This document shows, piece after piece, positions 51,410 through 61,850 of a stretch of 64,000 nucleotides of DNA (positions are counted from its first letter, which is position 1; each line of letters opens with the position of its first letter). Below the pieces are notes generated by a model. That model ran no database searches, was not told where the DNA came from, and saw nothing but the letters and a program-made list of their open reading frames with translations. Origin of the DNA: an uncultured delta proteobacterium (GTDB taxonomy: Bacteria; Desulfobacterota; Binatia; Binatales; Binataceae); the NCBI GenBank assembly GCA_963842085.1, contig CAWJET010000001.1, forward strand, positions 2,624,001-2,688,000. The letters run 5' to 3'. A program made the position numbers and the translations under genes.

Positions 51410-52282
51410 ATGTTCTCAGGTGCAATAACTGCTCTCGTCACGCCGTTTCGCGACGGCGAGGTGGACGCGCCGGCATTGCGCGACCTGATAGAATGGCAAA
51501 TTCAGAGCGGAATCGGCGGACTGGTCCCGTGCGGCTCGACCGGGGAATCCGCCACCCTCACGCACGCCGAGCACGACAGCGTGATCAAGCTCACAATCGA
51601 GCAGGTGCGCAAGCGCGTCCCGGTGATCGCGGGCACCGGCTCGAACTCGACCGCGGAAGCGATTCGGCTGACGGTGGCCGCGCGCGAGATGGGCGCGGAC
51701 GGCGCGCTGCTGCTTTCGCCCTACTACAACAAGCCCACCCAGGACGGCATCTACCGGCACTACAAGACGATCGCGGCCAGCGTGGATATCCCGCTGTTTG
51801 TGTACAACATCCCCGGCCGCACGGCCTCGAACATCGCGCCGGAAACGGTGGCCCGGCTCGCTGAAATCAAGAACATCGTCGGCATCAAGGAAGCGTCAGG
51901 CTCGATGGATCAGTCGTCGGACATCCTGAAGCTGTGCGGCGATCGGATAACGATTCTGTCCGGCGACGACGCGCTCACACTGCCGCTGATCGCGCTCGGT
52001 GCCAAGGGCGTGATCTCGACGTGCAGCAACGTAGTCCCGCGCGAGATGCACGATCTTGCGGCAGCCGCGCTAGCCGGGGATTTCGCCAAGGCGCGCGAGA
52101 TCCATTTCCGCTTGCTGCCGCTGATGCGCGCGTTGTTCGTCGAAACCAACCCGATTCCCGTCAAGCAGGCGCTCGCATTCATGGGCAAGTGCGCCAACGA
52201 GTTGCGGATGCCGCTGGTACCGATGACCGCAGGTCCCGCCGAGAAGCTGCGCATCGCGATGAAGGAACTCCGCCTCGTCTAA
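51410..52282 (+). CDS. dapA: 4-hydroxy-tetrahydrodipicolinate synthase
   Basis: GSTGESATL, PYYNKP, YNIPGRT, GIKEASG, SGDD, ETNPIPVK. Confidence 0.97.
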   Translation: MFSGAITALVTPFRDGEVDAPALRDLIEWQIQSGIGGLVPCGSTGESATLTHAEHDSVIKLTIEQVRKRVPVIAGTGSNSTAEAIRLTVAAREMGADGALLLSPYYNKPTQDGIYRHYKTIAASVDIPLFVYNIPGRTASNIAPETVARLAEIKNIVGIKEASGSMDQSSDILKLCGDRITILSGDDALTLPLIALGAKGVISTCSNVVPREMHDLAAAALAGDFAKAREIHFRLLPLMRALFVETNPIPVKQALAFMGKCANELRMPLVPMTAGPAEKLRIAMKELRLV

Positions 52283-52296
52283 TCGGTGATCGACTT

Positions 52297-53094
52297 ATGG
52301 CTGATCCCTACTACAAGCAGCACTGGGTCGATATCGACTCCGAGCGCCACAGTGCGTACGACAAGATCCTTGCGTTTCATCCCGCGATGGAACCGCTGCT
52401 GCGTCCGCTCGAGCTCAAAGCGGGTCTGCGCGTGCTCGATGTTGGCTCCGGACCCGGCCACACCACGCTCGAACTTGCGCGGCGCGTGACCCCCGGCGGC
52501 AAAGTGACCGGGGTGGATATCAACGGCGAGTTCGTCGAGCGATCCGGCGCTCGCGCGCGCGAGGCAAAGCTGGCTGCGGAGTTCGTGCAAAGCGCCTTTC
52601 CGCCGCTGCCGTTCCCGGACGCTTCGTTCGACCGCGTCTGGTGCAAAAATGTTCTTGAGTATGTCGATTCCGCCGCCGATACTGTGGCTGAAATGGCGCG
52701 GGTGGCTGCGCCGGGCGGCGTGGTTGTCGCGGTCGATAGCGACTGGGACATGCTCGCGCTCGACATTGGTTCCGCGGCGCGCGAACGCAGCGACCGAATC
52801 CTCGCGGCGTCGAACGCAATAGCGATCAGGGAGCCGCAGATTGGACGCCAGCTCTATCGGCTGTTCCGCGCGGCGGGGCTTGGCGATGTAAAAGTCGAGA
52901 TTCACTCCCGCGCGGACACGGCCGGGCGCTCGCTGCCTATGCTGAAGGCCAGCTTCGCGCGGTATGCGCGCGACTCCGGCAAGATCGCGGATGCCGAGGT
53001 CGAGCGATGGTTCGGCGACATCGATCGCGCCGTCGCGAGCGGGTCGTTTCTGTTCGTCTTGCCGCAGTTCGTGGCGCGCGGAATCAGGAACTAA
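52297..53094 (+). CDS. Class I SAM-dependent methyltransferase
   Basis: VLDVGSGPG, GVDIN, LPFPDASFD, DSDW. Confidence 0.88.
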   Translation: MADPYYKQHWVDIDSERHSAYDKILAFHPAMEPLLRPLELKAGLRVLDVGSGPGHTTLELARRVTPGGKVTGVDINGEFVERSGARAREAKLAAEFVQSAFPPLPFPDASFDRVWCKNVLEYVDSAADTVAEMARVAAPGGVVVAVDSDWDMLALDIGSAARERSDRILAASNAIAIREPQIGRQLYRLFRAAGLGDVKVEIHSRADTAGRSLPMLKASFARYARDSGKIADAEVERWFGDIDRAVASGSFLFVLPQFVARGIRN

Positions 53095-53134
53095 ATCCGG
53101 GTGCGAGCGTGCGCATCTTACGGGAGAAAACTGG

Positions 53135-53896
53135 ATGATTTTTGCATGGCTCGCATTCTTCGATGCACTGTTGGCGATCGCGATGATTGCGGCGGGAATT
53201 GTGGGCGCGCACTTCTACCTGACTGCGCCGTTCATGGGGTTCCAGCTGTTCGCACTCGGGTTTCTGCTGAGCATCCTGGGTTCGTTCGTGGGCTTCCTCG
53301 CAATTTTCCTGACGCGCAAGCCTCAACTCGCAGCCGGGCGCATTCGCGCATTGGTGGGCACGGTGATTTGCGTGCTTATCGCGCTGCCGTTGATCGTGAC
53401 GGTGCTGCGCAGTTCCAAGTATCCGCCCATCAACGACATTACCACCGATTTCGACAATCCGCCCGAGTTTATCTTTGCGCAGAAGCTGCAGCATGAACCG
53501 AACCGCGACATGAAGTACAACAAGGCGAAGTACGCCGACCGGCAACTGGCCGGTTATGGCCCGATCGGCCCGATCAAGGAACGCCTTTCACCGGCCGACG
53601 CGTTCGCGCGCGTAACCGAGGTCGCGAAGGCTTCGCCGACGTGGACGATTACCTATTCGGATCCGGCCACGAACACGCTCGAGGCGGTCGCGACTTCCAA
53701 GCTGTTCCATTTCCATGACGATGTCGTGATCCAGATCCGGGCGACGCCCGACGGCGCCAGCCTGATCGAGATGCGATCGAAATCGCGCGACGGGATCGGC
53801 GATTTTGGCGTCAATGCGAGGCGTATCCGGCACTTCTTCGATCGCGTGGCACTGGCTCGCGATGCCAACGATCAGACCGCCGGCGATCAGGAATAA
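53135..53896 (+). CDS. DUF1499-family membrane protein
   Basis: 3 TM helices, PPINDITTD..NPPEF, FHFHDDVVI, MRSKSRDGIGDFGVNARRI. Confidence 0.88.
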   Translation: MIFAWLAFFDALLAIAMIAAGIVGAHFYLTAPFMGFQLFALGFLLSILGSFVGFLAIFLTRKPQLAAGRIRALVGTVICVLIALPLIVTVLRSSKYPPINDITTDFDNPPEFIFAQKLQHEPNRDMKYNKAKYADRQLAGYGPIGPIKERLSPADAFARVTEVAKASPTWTITYSDPATNTLEAVATSKLFHFHDDVVIQIRATPDGASLIEMRSKSRDGIGDFGVNARRIRHFFDRVALARDANDQTAGDQE

Positions 53897-53916
53897 CAGC
53901 CTAAGGGCGTAATGCT

Positions 53917-54855
53917 CTATTGCTTGAGCGCGCGAATCGTCCTCATCACGGCGGCGTTGCGATCTTCGTTGACCGGATTCGTGAACACGCTCGCGGTGCC
54001 GATTCCCGGCGCGCATAACTCCTGCAGGCGCTCGCGCACGCGCGACTCCGAGCCGACCAGCAGGGTCGCGTCGATGAGCTCGTTGCTGACCGCCTTGATG
54101 GCTGCGTCGGCGTCGCGCCCCGCCGCGCGAATAGCCGCGATTTCCCGCTCGAACCCCGAACGCGCCATCATGTTGCCGTAGAACTTCAGCGCGCCGTAGC
54201 GCGACAGGAGCTTGCGCGCGGGTCGGCGCGCGGCTTCGAGGTCATCGGAAATAAACGCGGTCGCAAAGAGAGTCGCCTCGATCTGTTTGACGTCGCGCCC
54301 GGCGACCTTCGCGCCCTCGGCCAACTCGCCGAGGGCTTCCTTCACTCGCGCCGGTGGAAAGAAGTTGAAGATGACGCCGTCACCGATTTCGCCGGCCAGC
54401 TTCACCATCGGGCGCGACACGCCCGCCAGGTAAAGTGGCAGCTTGACGCTGACGCGCGGCCCGGTCTTGCCGCCTTCGAGCGCGGCGCGGAGCGTCTTCA
54501 CCGTTTCGCGCATCCGGGCCAGCGGCACGCCCATGTCGATTCCGAGGGCGGAATTGCCCTCGCGATGGCCCGTGCCGAGGCCCAGGATGAATCTGCCGCC
54601 GGTAAACTCCTGGACTGCCGCGGCTTCATTGGCAAGCAGATTCGGATGGCGCAGATAAATGTTCGTAATCGCGGTGCCGAGTTTGATGCGCTTGGTGTGT
54701 AGTCCGAGCGCGAGCGAGCATGCCAGCGAATCGTTATTTGCCTCGGTCATGAAGACGCCGGAAAAGCCCGCGTCCTCGGCCGCTCGTGCCCATTCGATCA
54801 GGCGCGCCGGCGGGCTATCGGGAAGTATCGTGCAGGCAAGAGCAATTTTGGCCAT
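53917..54855 (-). CDS. LLM-class flavin/F420-dependent oxidoreductase
   Basis: AEDAGF, TKRIKLGTAI, RHP, GRFILGLGTG, LAGEIGDG. Confidence 0.88.
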   Translation of the reverse strand: MAKIALACTILPDSPPARLIEWARAAEDAGFSGVFMTEANNDSLACSLALGLHTKRIKLGTAITNIYLRHPNLLANEAAAVQEFTGGRFILGLGTGHREGNSALGIDMGVPLARMRETVKTLRAALEGGKTGPRVSVKLPLYLAGVSRPMVKLAGEIGDGVIFNFFPPARVKEALGELAEGAKVAGRDVKQIEATLFATAFISDDLEAARRPARKLLSRYGALKFYGNMMARSGFEREIAAIRAAGRDADAAIKAVSNELIDATLLVGSESRVRERLQELCAPGIGTASVFTNPVNEDRNAAVMRTIRALKQ

Positions 54856-55051
54856 GAGAAAAATTCCTTTCGTACGATTTGAGGCGACACTTTCATCCAG
54901 CGGCGGTTTCCGTCAAGCCGTATGGCGCTGGAAACGGACCGGCCGCGGTCGCTGGACATTTTTGACTATCAAATCTACAGATAAAACATCGCTAACGATG
55001 GGGCCGTTTTCCCTTTTCACAGGGTCACATCTCAACCTGGAGGACGAGTCG

Positions 55052-55465
55052 ATGAAACGAATTGCAGTGGCATTGCTCACGACAAGTATGCTGATGAGCG
55101 CGGCAAGTGCGGGATTTGCTCTATCAACGGCCGGTCTCGAAGAGGCATTCGTGGACGCCGTCGGAACCTGCGGTCCTTCGAGCAAGATCGCGGGCTTACT
55201 TGGCGAGAGCAACGATCCTGCGGTGAAGATCGCGCTTCGCAATGCTCTGATTATTGAGGCTGCCGACGATGCTGCCGTTGTCGCGGGTTCCAGCAAGGAG
55301 CACAGCGACTGCATCAGGAAGGAACTAAAGGCGCGCGGATATTCTGACAACGATCTGGAAGCGCTGCCCTATTGCGTTAAGAACGATTGGCCGAGTCCAT
55401 TCACGAGCCTCGGCGTGTGCGTACAGAGTCACAGCCGTCTTGAGGGCGCGATGAAGAAAAAATAG
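55052..55465 (+). CDS. Secreted hypothetical protein (4 Cys)
   Basis: GGAGG RBS; MKRIAVALL signal peptide. Confidence 0.7.
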   Translation: MKRIAVALLTTSMLMSAASAGFALSTAGLEEAFVDAVGTCGPSSKIAGLLGESNDPAVKIALRNALIIEAADDAAVVAGSSKEHSDCIRKELKARGYSDNDLEALPYCVKNDWPSPFTSLGVCVQSHSRLEGAMKKK

Positions 55466-55486
55466 CCGCGCAGATCGCTTGTGGCA

Positions 55487-55527
55487 AAGGCCGGCGCGTT
55501 TCCTCCGGGGGAGCGCGCCGTGCTTTT
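55487..55527 (+). terminator. Probable intrinsic terminator
   Basis: GC-rich hairpin (GGCGCGTTTCC...GGGGAGCGCGCC) followed by TGCTTTT. Confidence 0.55.
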
Positions 55528-55590
55528 AGTCGGCTGCGCCTACCCTGCCGTTTTGCGGACGCGAGGACAACTGATAGTTGATTTTATGCG

Positions 55591-56295
55591 ATGTTTTCAG
55601 ATCGTTTTCTCAGACTTTTCGCGTTCCCGCTCGCGCTGGGCGGAATGCTGATTGTCGGGTTCGTCTCCCTTCTTATCGGCTGCGCGAGCGAAGTAAAAAA
55701 ATTGCCGATCACCTATATCCCACAGCAGAACGTGCAGGCGATTAAGGGCGCCGACGCTGTTCCGGTAGAAGTCACAGTTGAGGATCTACAGCCTGACGAA
55801 TACGGGTCGCCTTTGGAGTCGCTCAAATCGAACCAAACGCGTTTCCATGTGGAAGATGCGGCGGAAACCGTGAAAGAGGCAGCCGAGACCGAGTTGAAAG
55901 CGCGCCGGTTTAAGATCGCTAGCGGCGGCGCATTGGTCACTATCCAGCTCTATCGATTCGCGGGACAGAGCGAAATCGGCGGCGCGTTGGGACTCACCGT
56001 GACAGCGCGAGGCTATTTTTCGATGCGGGTTCAGGTTCAGCCGCAAAATGGCAAAGTTCTGTTTTCAAGAAACGTCGGAGCAGAAGCCGATCCAATTAGC
56101 GGAACGCCCTTTACTCTCGGGCGCCATCCTGTCACGCACCAGCTTCAGGAAACGCTCGCTGAAGCGCTCAGGGGACTATTTGCTGATCCTGCGTTCACGG
56201 CTGCGATCCTTGCTGCACGTCAGCCGCCTCCCGCGAAGCCGGCCGTCAGTCCAGTCCGTACCGCCGCCGCTTACGCCACAAGGTGGCGACGTTGA
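55591..56295 (+). CDS. YajG-like lipoprotein
   Basis: LIGC lipobox; VTVED, ETELKARRF; 3' end overlaps the convergent regulator. Confidence 0.65.
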   Translation: MFSDRFLRLFAFPLALGGMLIVGFVSLLIGCASEVKKLPITYIPQQNVQAIKGADAVPVEVTVEDLQPDEYGSPLESLKSNQTRFHVEDAAETVKEAAETELKARRFKIASGGALVTIQLYRFAGQSEIGGALGLTVTARGYFSMRVQVQPQNGKVLFSRNVGAEADPISGTPFTLGRHPVTHQLQETLAEALRGLFADPAFTAAILAARQPPPAKPAVSPVRTAAAYATRWRR

Positions 56296-57574
56296 TGCCG
56301 AGCATCTCGGCCGCCTCTTCCAGCGTCATCGCCTGCTCGAGCACCACTTCGATATGCCGGCGCTCCATCTGCTCCAGCGTATTGCTGTGATCGAGCTTGC
56401 CGGGCGAGGCGAGGATCTTGTCCGGCAGGTCGCTCAGGTTGATCGTCTCTCCGCGGCTCAGGATCACAGCGCGTTCCATCACGTTGCGCAGCTCGCGGAT
56501 ATTGCCCGGCCATGAGTAGGCGACCAGCGCTTCGCGCGCCTCGGGTGCGAGCGAATGAGCGGGCTTGTGATGCGTCTGGGCTGCTTGCGCCGCGAAGTGC
56601 TCCGCCAGCTTCAGGATTTCTCCCGGCCTGTCGCGCAAAGCCGGTACCTGCAATTCGATCACGTTGAGGCGGTAGTAGAGATCTTCGCGGAAGCGCTTTT
56701 CCTTGACCAATTGTTCGAGATGCTGATTGGTTGCCGCGATTATCCGCGCATTCACTTTGATCGTCTGCGCGCCGCCCACGCGCTCGAACGTCCGCTCCTG
56801 CAGGAAGCGCAGCAGCTTGGATTGAACCACCGGCGTCAGGTCGCCAATCTCGTCGAGCAAGACGGTTCCGCCTTCGGCCGCTTCCAGACGGCCGGGCTTG
56901 TCCTTGATCGCGCCCGTAAAGGAACCGCGCACGTGTCCAAAGAGTTCGCTCTCCAGCAGATGCTCGCTGAGCGTCGTGCACGCGACCTGTACAAACGGCC
57001 CGTCTTTGCGCGGGCTCAAGCGGTGGATGTACGACGCCAGCATGCTCTTGCCGGTGCCGCTTTCGCCGGTGATCAAAGCGGTTGCGTCGCTGTCGGCCAC
57101 CTGCGCCGCGGTCTCCGCGAGCTTTCGCGAATGCGGACTGTAGGTGAGGAACGGTTCGGGTTCGATCAGGCTCTCGATCCGATCGCGCAGCACCCTGTTC
57201 TCGGCGCGCAGTTCCTGCACTTCGAGAGCGCGCGCGACGACATGCACAATATGGTCGGCCGTGAACGGCTTGGTCACGTAGTCGTACGCCCCTTGGCGCA
57301 TCGCCTCGACCGCGTCGGGAATCGAGCCAAACGCCGTCATCATTACGACCGGAAGCGCAGGGTTGAGCCGCTTGATCGATTCGAGCAGCTTCAAACCGCC
57401 CATCCCTTCCATTCGGACATCGGAGACCACTACCGCAGGGGCCGATTGCCCGAGCAATTCCAGCGCGCGCTCCGCGCTTTCCGCCACGGTCACTTGATGA
57501 CTTGCGGATTCAAGGCTCGCCGCGAGAGTGCGGCGGATATTGCGGTCGTCATCGACGACAAGAATGTTAGCCAA
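56246..57574 (-). CDS. Sigma-54-dependent response regulator (NtrC/AlgB family)
   Basis: Receiver domain, GESGTGKS, ESELFGH, GSFTGA, FREDLYYRL, WPGNIREL, HTH. Confidence 0.95.
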   Translation of the reverse strand: MANILVVDDDRNIRRTLAASLESASHQVTVAESAERALELLGQSAPAVVVSDVRMEGMGGLKLLESIKRLNPALPVVMMTAFGSIPDAVEAMRQGAYDYVTKPFTADHIVHVVARALEVQELRAENRVLRDRIESLIEPEPFLTYSPHSRKLAETAAQVADSDATALITGESGTGKSMLASYIHRLSPRKDGPFVQVACTTLSEHLLESELFGHVRGSFTGAIKDKPGRLEAAEGGTVLLDEIGDLTPVVQSKLLRFLQERTFERVGGAQTIKVNARIIAATNQHLEQLVKEKRFREDLYYRLNVIELQVPALRDRPGEILKLAEHFAAQAAQTHHKPAHSLAPEAREALVAYSWPGNIRELRNVMERAVILSRGETINLSDLPDKILASPGKLDHSNTLEQMERRHIEVVLEQAMTLEEAAEMLGINVATLWRKRRRYGLD

Positions 57575-57815
57575 GCATTGCCCCGGTTAGATGGACGACT
57601 TTCATTCTACCGCTCGATAGGCAGGCCGCATCAAGAGTCAAGCGCGTTTCTTGTTATTGCAAATTGCATGACCGCATCCTCTCAAGCCATTGCGGTTAGC
57701 ACGTTAAAATTCATAAAGCTCACGCAGATGGCGCAAAATCATTGCGGTCTGCATCTTGCAGCTTGAAATGCCGCTTTCGCCGATGTTTTCGGCGTTGGCG
57801 TGGGAGATTTTATAC

Positions 57816-59858
57816 TTGGCAGCCACTCCAAAAGTCCTGGGCGCCGAGCGGTCTCAGCCGCAGGCGACCTTCGGCAAACAAACCAAAGCAATCGTAGTAA
57901 CCACCGGGATGCTCGCCTTTATCTCGTTCTGGCGAGCGTCGGCGGTAGTCCTGTGCGATCTTGCCTCGACAGCCTACTACATCGGCGGCATCGTCGAGCA
58001 GGCCTGCGGCCGCTCCGCCCCGTATTTCATTCTCGCCGTCATGCTGTTCTCGTACGCGGTGCGCGCTGTGTACGTAGAGTCGTGCTCGATGTTCACGCGC
58101 GGGGGTGTCTATCGCGTCGTCAAGGAAGCGATGGGCTCGACGCTGGCAAAGATCTCGGTGTCGGCGCTGATGTTCGACTACATCCTGACCGGGCCGATCA
58201 GCGGGGTCTCGGCCGGCCAATACCTGGTCGGTCTGATCAACGAACTGCTTAAGCTGGCGCACTTGAGCGTGGTTCTGCCGGCGGATTTCTCGGCCGCCTT
58301 CTTCGCCATTGCCGTGACCGCATATTTCTGGCGTCAGAACATTCTTGGCATTGAGGAATCGAGCGGCAAGGCGATGCGGATCATGCAGGTCACGACCGTG
58401 ATGGCCGTGCTGATGATTGTATGGTGCGGGCTGACGATTTACCTGCGCGGTGCGCATCTGCCGCCGTTGGAATTGAAGTTCACCGACGACTCGCTCGGAT
58501 GGCTGAAGCACTTTCCCGGCGCGCGCACCATCGGCGCGCTTGGCATCCTGATCGCGTTTGGTCATTCGGTCCTGGCGATGTCGGGTGAGGAATCTCTGGC
58601 ACAGATCAATCGCGAGATCGAGGCGCCCAAGCTCAAGAATCTCCTGCGCACCGGCCTGGTGATCTTCATTTACAGCCTGCTGCTGACCTCGCTGGTGTCG
58701 TTTTTCGCCGTCATGATCATCCCGGACAGCGCCCGCATGTCGAACTACGGCGACGATCTGATCGGCGGGCTCGCGATGTTCATGGTCGGGCCGCTGTGGG
58801 CGAGGATCGCGCTGCGCGCGTTTGTCGTGTTCGTCGGATTCCTGATTCTGGCCGGCGCCGTCAACACCGCGATCGTCGGCTCGACCGGCGTGCTGACCCG
58901 CGTCGCGGAAGACGGCGTGCTGCTCGACTGGTTCCGCCATCCGCACAAGAAATACGGCACCAATTATCGCATCGTGAATATGGTCGCGATGCTCCAAATC
59001 GCTACGATCGTGCTCTCGCGCGGCGACATGTTCGTGCTGGGCGAGGCGTACGCGTTCGGCGTCATCTGGAGCTTCGTATTCAAGACGCTCTCCGTGCTGA
59101 TTCTGCGCTACAAGGATCGGTACCATCGGTTGTGGAGGGTGCCGCTGAACCTGACCTGGTTCCGGCCCGGAGGCAAGGACTTTCCGCTGGGTCTCGCGTT
59201 GACGTTTACCGTTTTGTTTGCGACCGCAATCATCAACCTGTTCACCAAGCAGGTGGCGACGATCTCGGGCGTCGGCTTCACGCTTGCGCTGTTCCTGATC
59301 TTCGAGATCTCGGAAAAGATCAACGGCCAGGCCGAGCACGCCTACGGCGAGGAGCCCGAGAAGTTCAATCTGCAACTGGTCGAGGAGGACCAGATCGATC
59401 CGATTCACCTCGGCCTGTTCGCCACGGCGAAGAAACTGATTGCGATCCGCGATCCCAACAATCTCGCGCACCTGCATCGCTACCTGTCCGAGCGCGATGA
59501 CGCCGAGCTGATTGCGCTGACCGTGCGCACCGAGAAGGGACTTGCTTCCAGCGACGGCGGTCAAATCTTCAGCGACGCCGAAGGAAAGCTGTTCAGCAAG
59601 GTCGTCAAGGTATGCGAGGATCATGGCCGTGCGGTAACGCCGCTGGTGGTGGTTTCAAACGACCAGGTCTATGCGATCGCCCGCATGGCGTATCTTCTCG
59701 GCGTCGATGAAGTCGTGATGGGCGTGTCCGCGCGCTTCAACCCCGACGTCCAGCTCGAGAACTTCGCGATGCATTGGGGATCGCTCGGCGATTCCGACGA
59801 GCATCACGTCAACGTGCGCGTGCTCTCCGACCAGCAGGACATCCGCGCCGAAATCTGA
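57816..59858 (+). CDS. APC-family permease with C-terminal cytosolic domain (KimA/YdaO-like)
   Basis: ~12 TM helices; DLASTAYY, GGVYRV, DYILT, AMSGEES, YAFGV; TTG start after a GGGAG RBS. Confidence 0.82.
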   Translation: MAATPKVLGAERSQPQATFGKQTKAIVVTTGMLAFISFWRASAVVLCDLASTAYYIGGIVEQACGRSAPYFILAVMLFSYAVRAVYVESCSMFTRGGVYRVVKEAMGSTLAKISVSALMFDYILTGPISGVSAGQYLVGLINELLKLAHLSVVLPADFSAAFFAIAVTAYFWRQNILGIEESSGKAMRIMQVTTVMAVLMIVWCGLTIYLRGAHLPPLELKFTDDSLGWLKHFPGARTIGALGILIAFGHSVLAMSGEESLAQINREIEAPKLKNLLRTGLVIFIYSLLLTSLVSFFAVMIIPDSARMSNYGDDLIGGLAMFMVGPLWARIALRAFVVFVGFLILAGAVNTAIVGSTGVLTRVAEDGVLLDWFRHPHKKYGTNYRIVNMVAMLQIATIVLSRGDMFVLGEAYAFGVIWSFVFKTLSVLILRYKDRYHRLWRVPLNLTWFRPGGKDFPLGLALTFTVLFATAIINLFTKQVATISGVGFTLALFLIFEISEKINGQAEHAYGEEPEKFNLQLVEEDQIDPIHLGLFATAKKLIAIRDPNNLAHLHRYLSERDDAELIALTVRTEKGLASSDGGQIFSDAEGKLFSKVVKVCEDHGRAVTPLVVVSNDQVYAIARMAYLLGVDEVVMGVSARFNPDVQLENFAMHWGSLGDSDEHHVNVRVLSDQQDIRAEI

Positions 59859-59935
59859 CTCGCTATTCCGCCATCTTCCGGCCTGCCTTGGGTGGCGATG
59901 CGACACCGGCTATGATCGCTGTTCTGGATGGAGCG

Positions 59936-60556
59936 ATGATCGCAATCGTCGATTACAAGGCAGGCAACCTGACCAGCGTTCAGCGCGCGCTCGAATTCCT
60001 CGGTCATAAATCCGAGATAACCGACCGCGCCGAGCGCATCGCCGCCGCTGATCGCGTGATCCTGCCCGGGGTCGGAGCGGCCGGCGCCACGATGGAAAAT
60101 CTGCGCGCGCTCGGACTGGCCGAAGTTCTCCGCAATAACGTTGCCCGCGCCGGCAAACCGTTCCTGGGCATATGCATCGGTATCCAGGTCCTGCTCGATC
60201 GCAGCGAAGAGGACGGCGCCGATTGCCTCGGCATCATCGCCGGCCGTGTCGCGCGCTACCCGCGCTCGATCGACGGCCGGCCGCTCAAGGTCCCGCAAAT
60301 CGGATGGAACCGCGTGCGCCAGACCCGGCCGCATCGAGTCTTCGCCGGCGTGCCTGACAACACCCATTTCTATTTCGTCAATTCGTACTACCCGATTCCC
60401 GACGATCCTTCGCTCGCGATTGCAGTGTCCGACTACGGAATCGCGTTCACCGCGGCGTTCGCGCGCGACAACGTGCTCGCGACGCAATTCCATCTCGAAA
60501 AGAGCGGCGCCGCCGGCCTCAAGCTGCTGGACAACTTCTGCCGGCTGGGTTGCTGA
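59936..60556 (+). CDS. hisH: Imidazole glycerol phosphate synthase glutaminase subunit
   Basis: [37 protein letters not shown]. Confidence 0.93.
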   Translation: MIAIVDYKAGNLTSVQRALEFLGHKSEITDRAERIAAADRVILPGVGAAGATMENLRALGLAEVLRNNVARAGKPFLGICIGIQVLLDRSEEDGADCLGIIAGRVARYPRSIDGRPLKVPQIGWNRVRQTRPHRVFAGVPDNTHFYFVNSYYPIPDDPSLAIAVSDYGIAFTAAFARDNVLATQFHLEKSGAAGLKLLDNFCRLGC

Positions 60557-60558
60557 CA

Positions 60559-61359
60559 ATGCTCGCGAAACGAATCATCCCGTGCCTAGACGTCCGCGAC
60601 GGCAAGGTCACCAAGGGCGTGCGCTTCCTTGAGAATGTCGACGTGGGCGATCCGGTGGCGATGGCGCGTTACTACTATAATGAAGGCGCCGACGAGATCG
60701 TCTTCTACGATATTACCGCATCCAACGAGCGCCGCGGCATCATGCTCGACGTGGTGCGGGCGGTCGCGTGCGAAATCTTCATACCCTTCAGCGTTGGCGG
60801 CGGAATTCGCACCCTCGAAGACATGCGCGCCGTGCTGCTCGCGGGCGCCGAGAAAGTCTCGATCGATTCCGGCGCGGTTCGCAATCCCGCGCTAATCTCC
60901 GAGGGCGCGCGCGCGTTCGGCAGCCAGTGCGTAGTGCTCTCGATGCAGGTGAAAAAAACCGGCGCCCGTCCCGAAGTGCCGACCGGTTACGAGGTCGTGA
61001 TCGACGGCGGCCGCCATCCCACCGGCCGCGACGCGCTGGCATGGTCGCTCGAGGGCGAGCGGCTCGGCGCCGGCGAGCTGTGCATCAACTCGATCGATCG
61101 CGACGGCACCAAGCTCGGTTACGATCTCGAGATCACGCGGCGTGTCAGCGAAGCCGTTTCGATCCCGGTGATCGCGTCCGGCGGCGCCGGCGAACCGGCG
61201 CATCTGCGCGACGCGTTCACCACCGGCCTGGCCGACGCCGCTATTGTCGCGTCCATCGTTCATTACGGAGAGCATCCGATACCCGCGCTGAAGTCATATC
61301 TCAAAAGCAACGGCGTCGAGATTCGCGACGCCGTCACCATCGACCTGGCGCCGCGGTGA
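60559..61359 (+). CDS. hisF: Imidazole glycerol phosphate synthase cyclase subunit
   Basis: [43 protein letters not shown]. Confidence 0.93.
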   Translation: MLAKRIIPCLDVRDGKVTKGVRFLENVDVGDPVAMARYYYNEGADEIVFYDITASNERRGIMLDVVRAVACEIFIPFSVGGGIRTLEDMRAVLLAGAEKVSIDSGAVRNPALISEGARAFGSQCVVLSMQVKKTGARPEVPTGYEVVIDGGRHPTGRDALAWSLEGERLGAGELCINSIDRDGTKLGYDLEITRRVSEAVSIPVIASGGAGEPAHLRDAFTTGLADAAIVASIVHYGEHPIPALKSYLKSNGVEIRDAVTIDLAPR

Positions 61360-61769
61360 AAATCGCGTTCGTAGTTTCGGAGTTCAACTCCGAGGTGACC
61401 ACGCCGATGGAACAGGGGGCGCGCCGCCACGCCGAGTCGCTGGGAGTCGAGGTCGCGCGCGTGGTCCGCGTCCCCGGCGTCTACGACATGGGCCCGGTCG
61501 TAAAGGCTCTGCTGCAGCGCAAGGAAATCGAAGGCGTCGTGATGATCGGCGCGGTGATCAAGGGCGAGACCGGGCACGACGAGCTGATCTCGCACGCCAT
61601 CGCCGGCGCCGGCATCCGGCTCTCGATCGAATTCGACAAGCCGGTCGGCCTCGCCATCACCGGCCCCGGCATGACCGACGAGCAGGCCGTGGCGCGAATC
61701 GACAACGCCAAAAACGGCGTCGAGGCCGTCGTCCGTGTCGCGCGCGCGCTCAAGGAAATCCGCGGCTAG
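61356..61769 (+). CDS. ribH: 6,7-dimethyl-8-ribityllumazine synthase, archaeal-like
   Basis: [40 protein letters not shown]; GTGA overlap with hisF. Confidence 0.88.
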   Translation: MKIAFVVSEFNSEVTTPMEQGARRHAESLGVEVARVVRVPGVYDMGPVVKALLQRKEIEGVVMIGAVIKGETGHDELISHAIAGAGIRLSIEFDKPVGLAITGPGMTDEQAVARIDNAKNGVEAVVRVARALKEIRG

Positions 61770-61850
61770 CTCACGGGCGCTCCACAGGTGTTGAGAAACC
61801 GCGCCGCCCCTCGTTGAGAGCATGCGCCCGACTGCTTATACTCCTCGACG

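Noticed and set aside
52283-53094. Absence of dapB after dapA as a pathway gap
   Set aside because: dapB may simply lie elsewhere in the genome; one window cannot show loss.
54856-56295. A third remnant-flanked islet between the LLM gene and the response regulator
   Set aside because: The two genes look accessory, but no convincing duplicate of either neighbour's terminus was found.
57729-57745. Sigma-54 promoter TGGCGC...TTGC upstream of the permease
   Set aside because: GG-to-GC spacing is 12 nt rather than the required 10.
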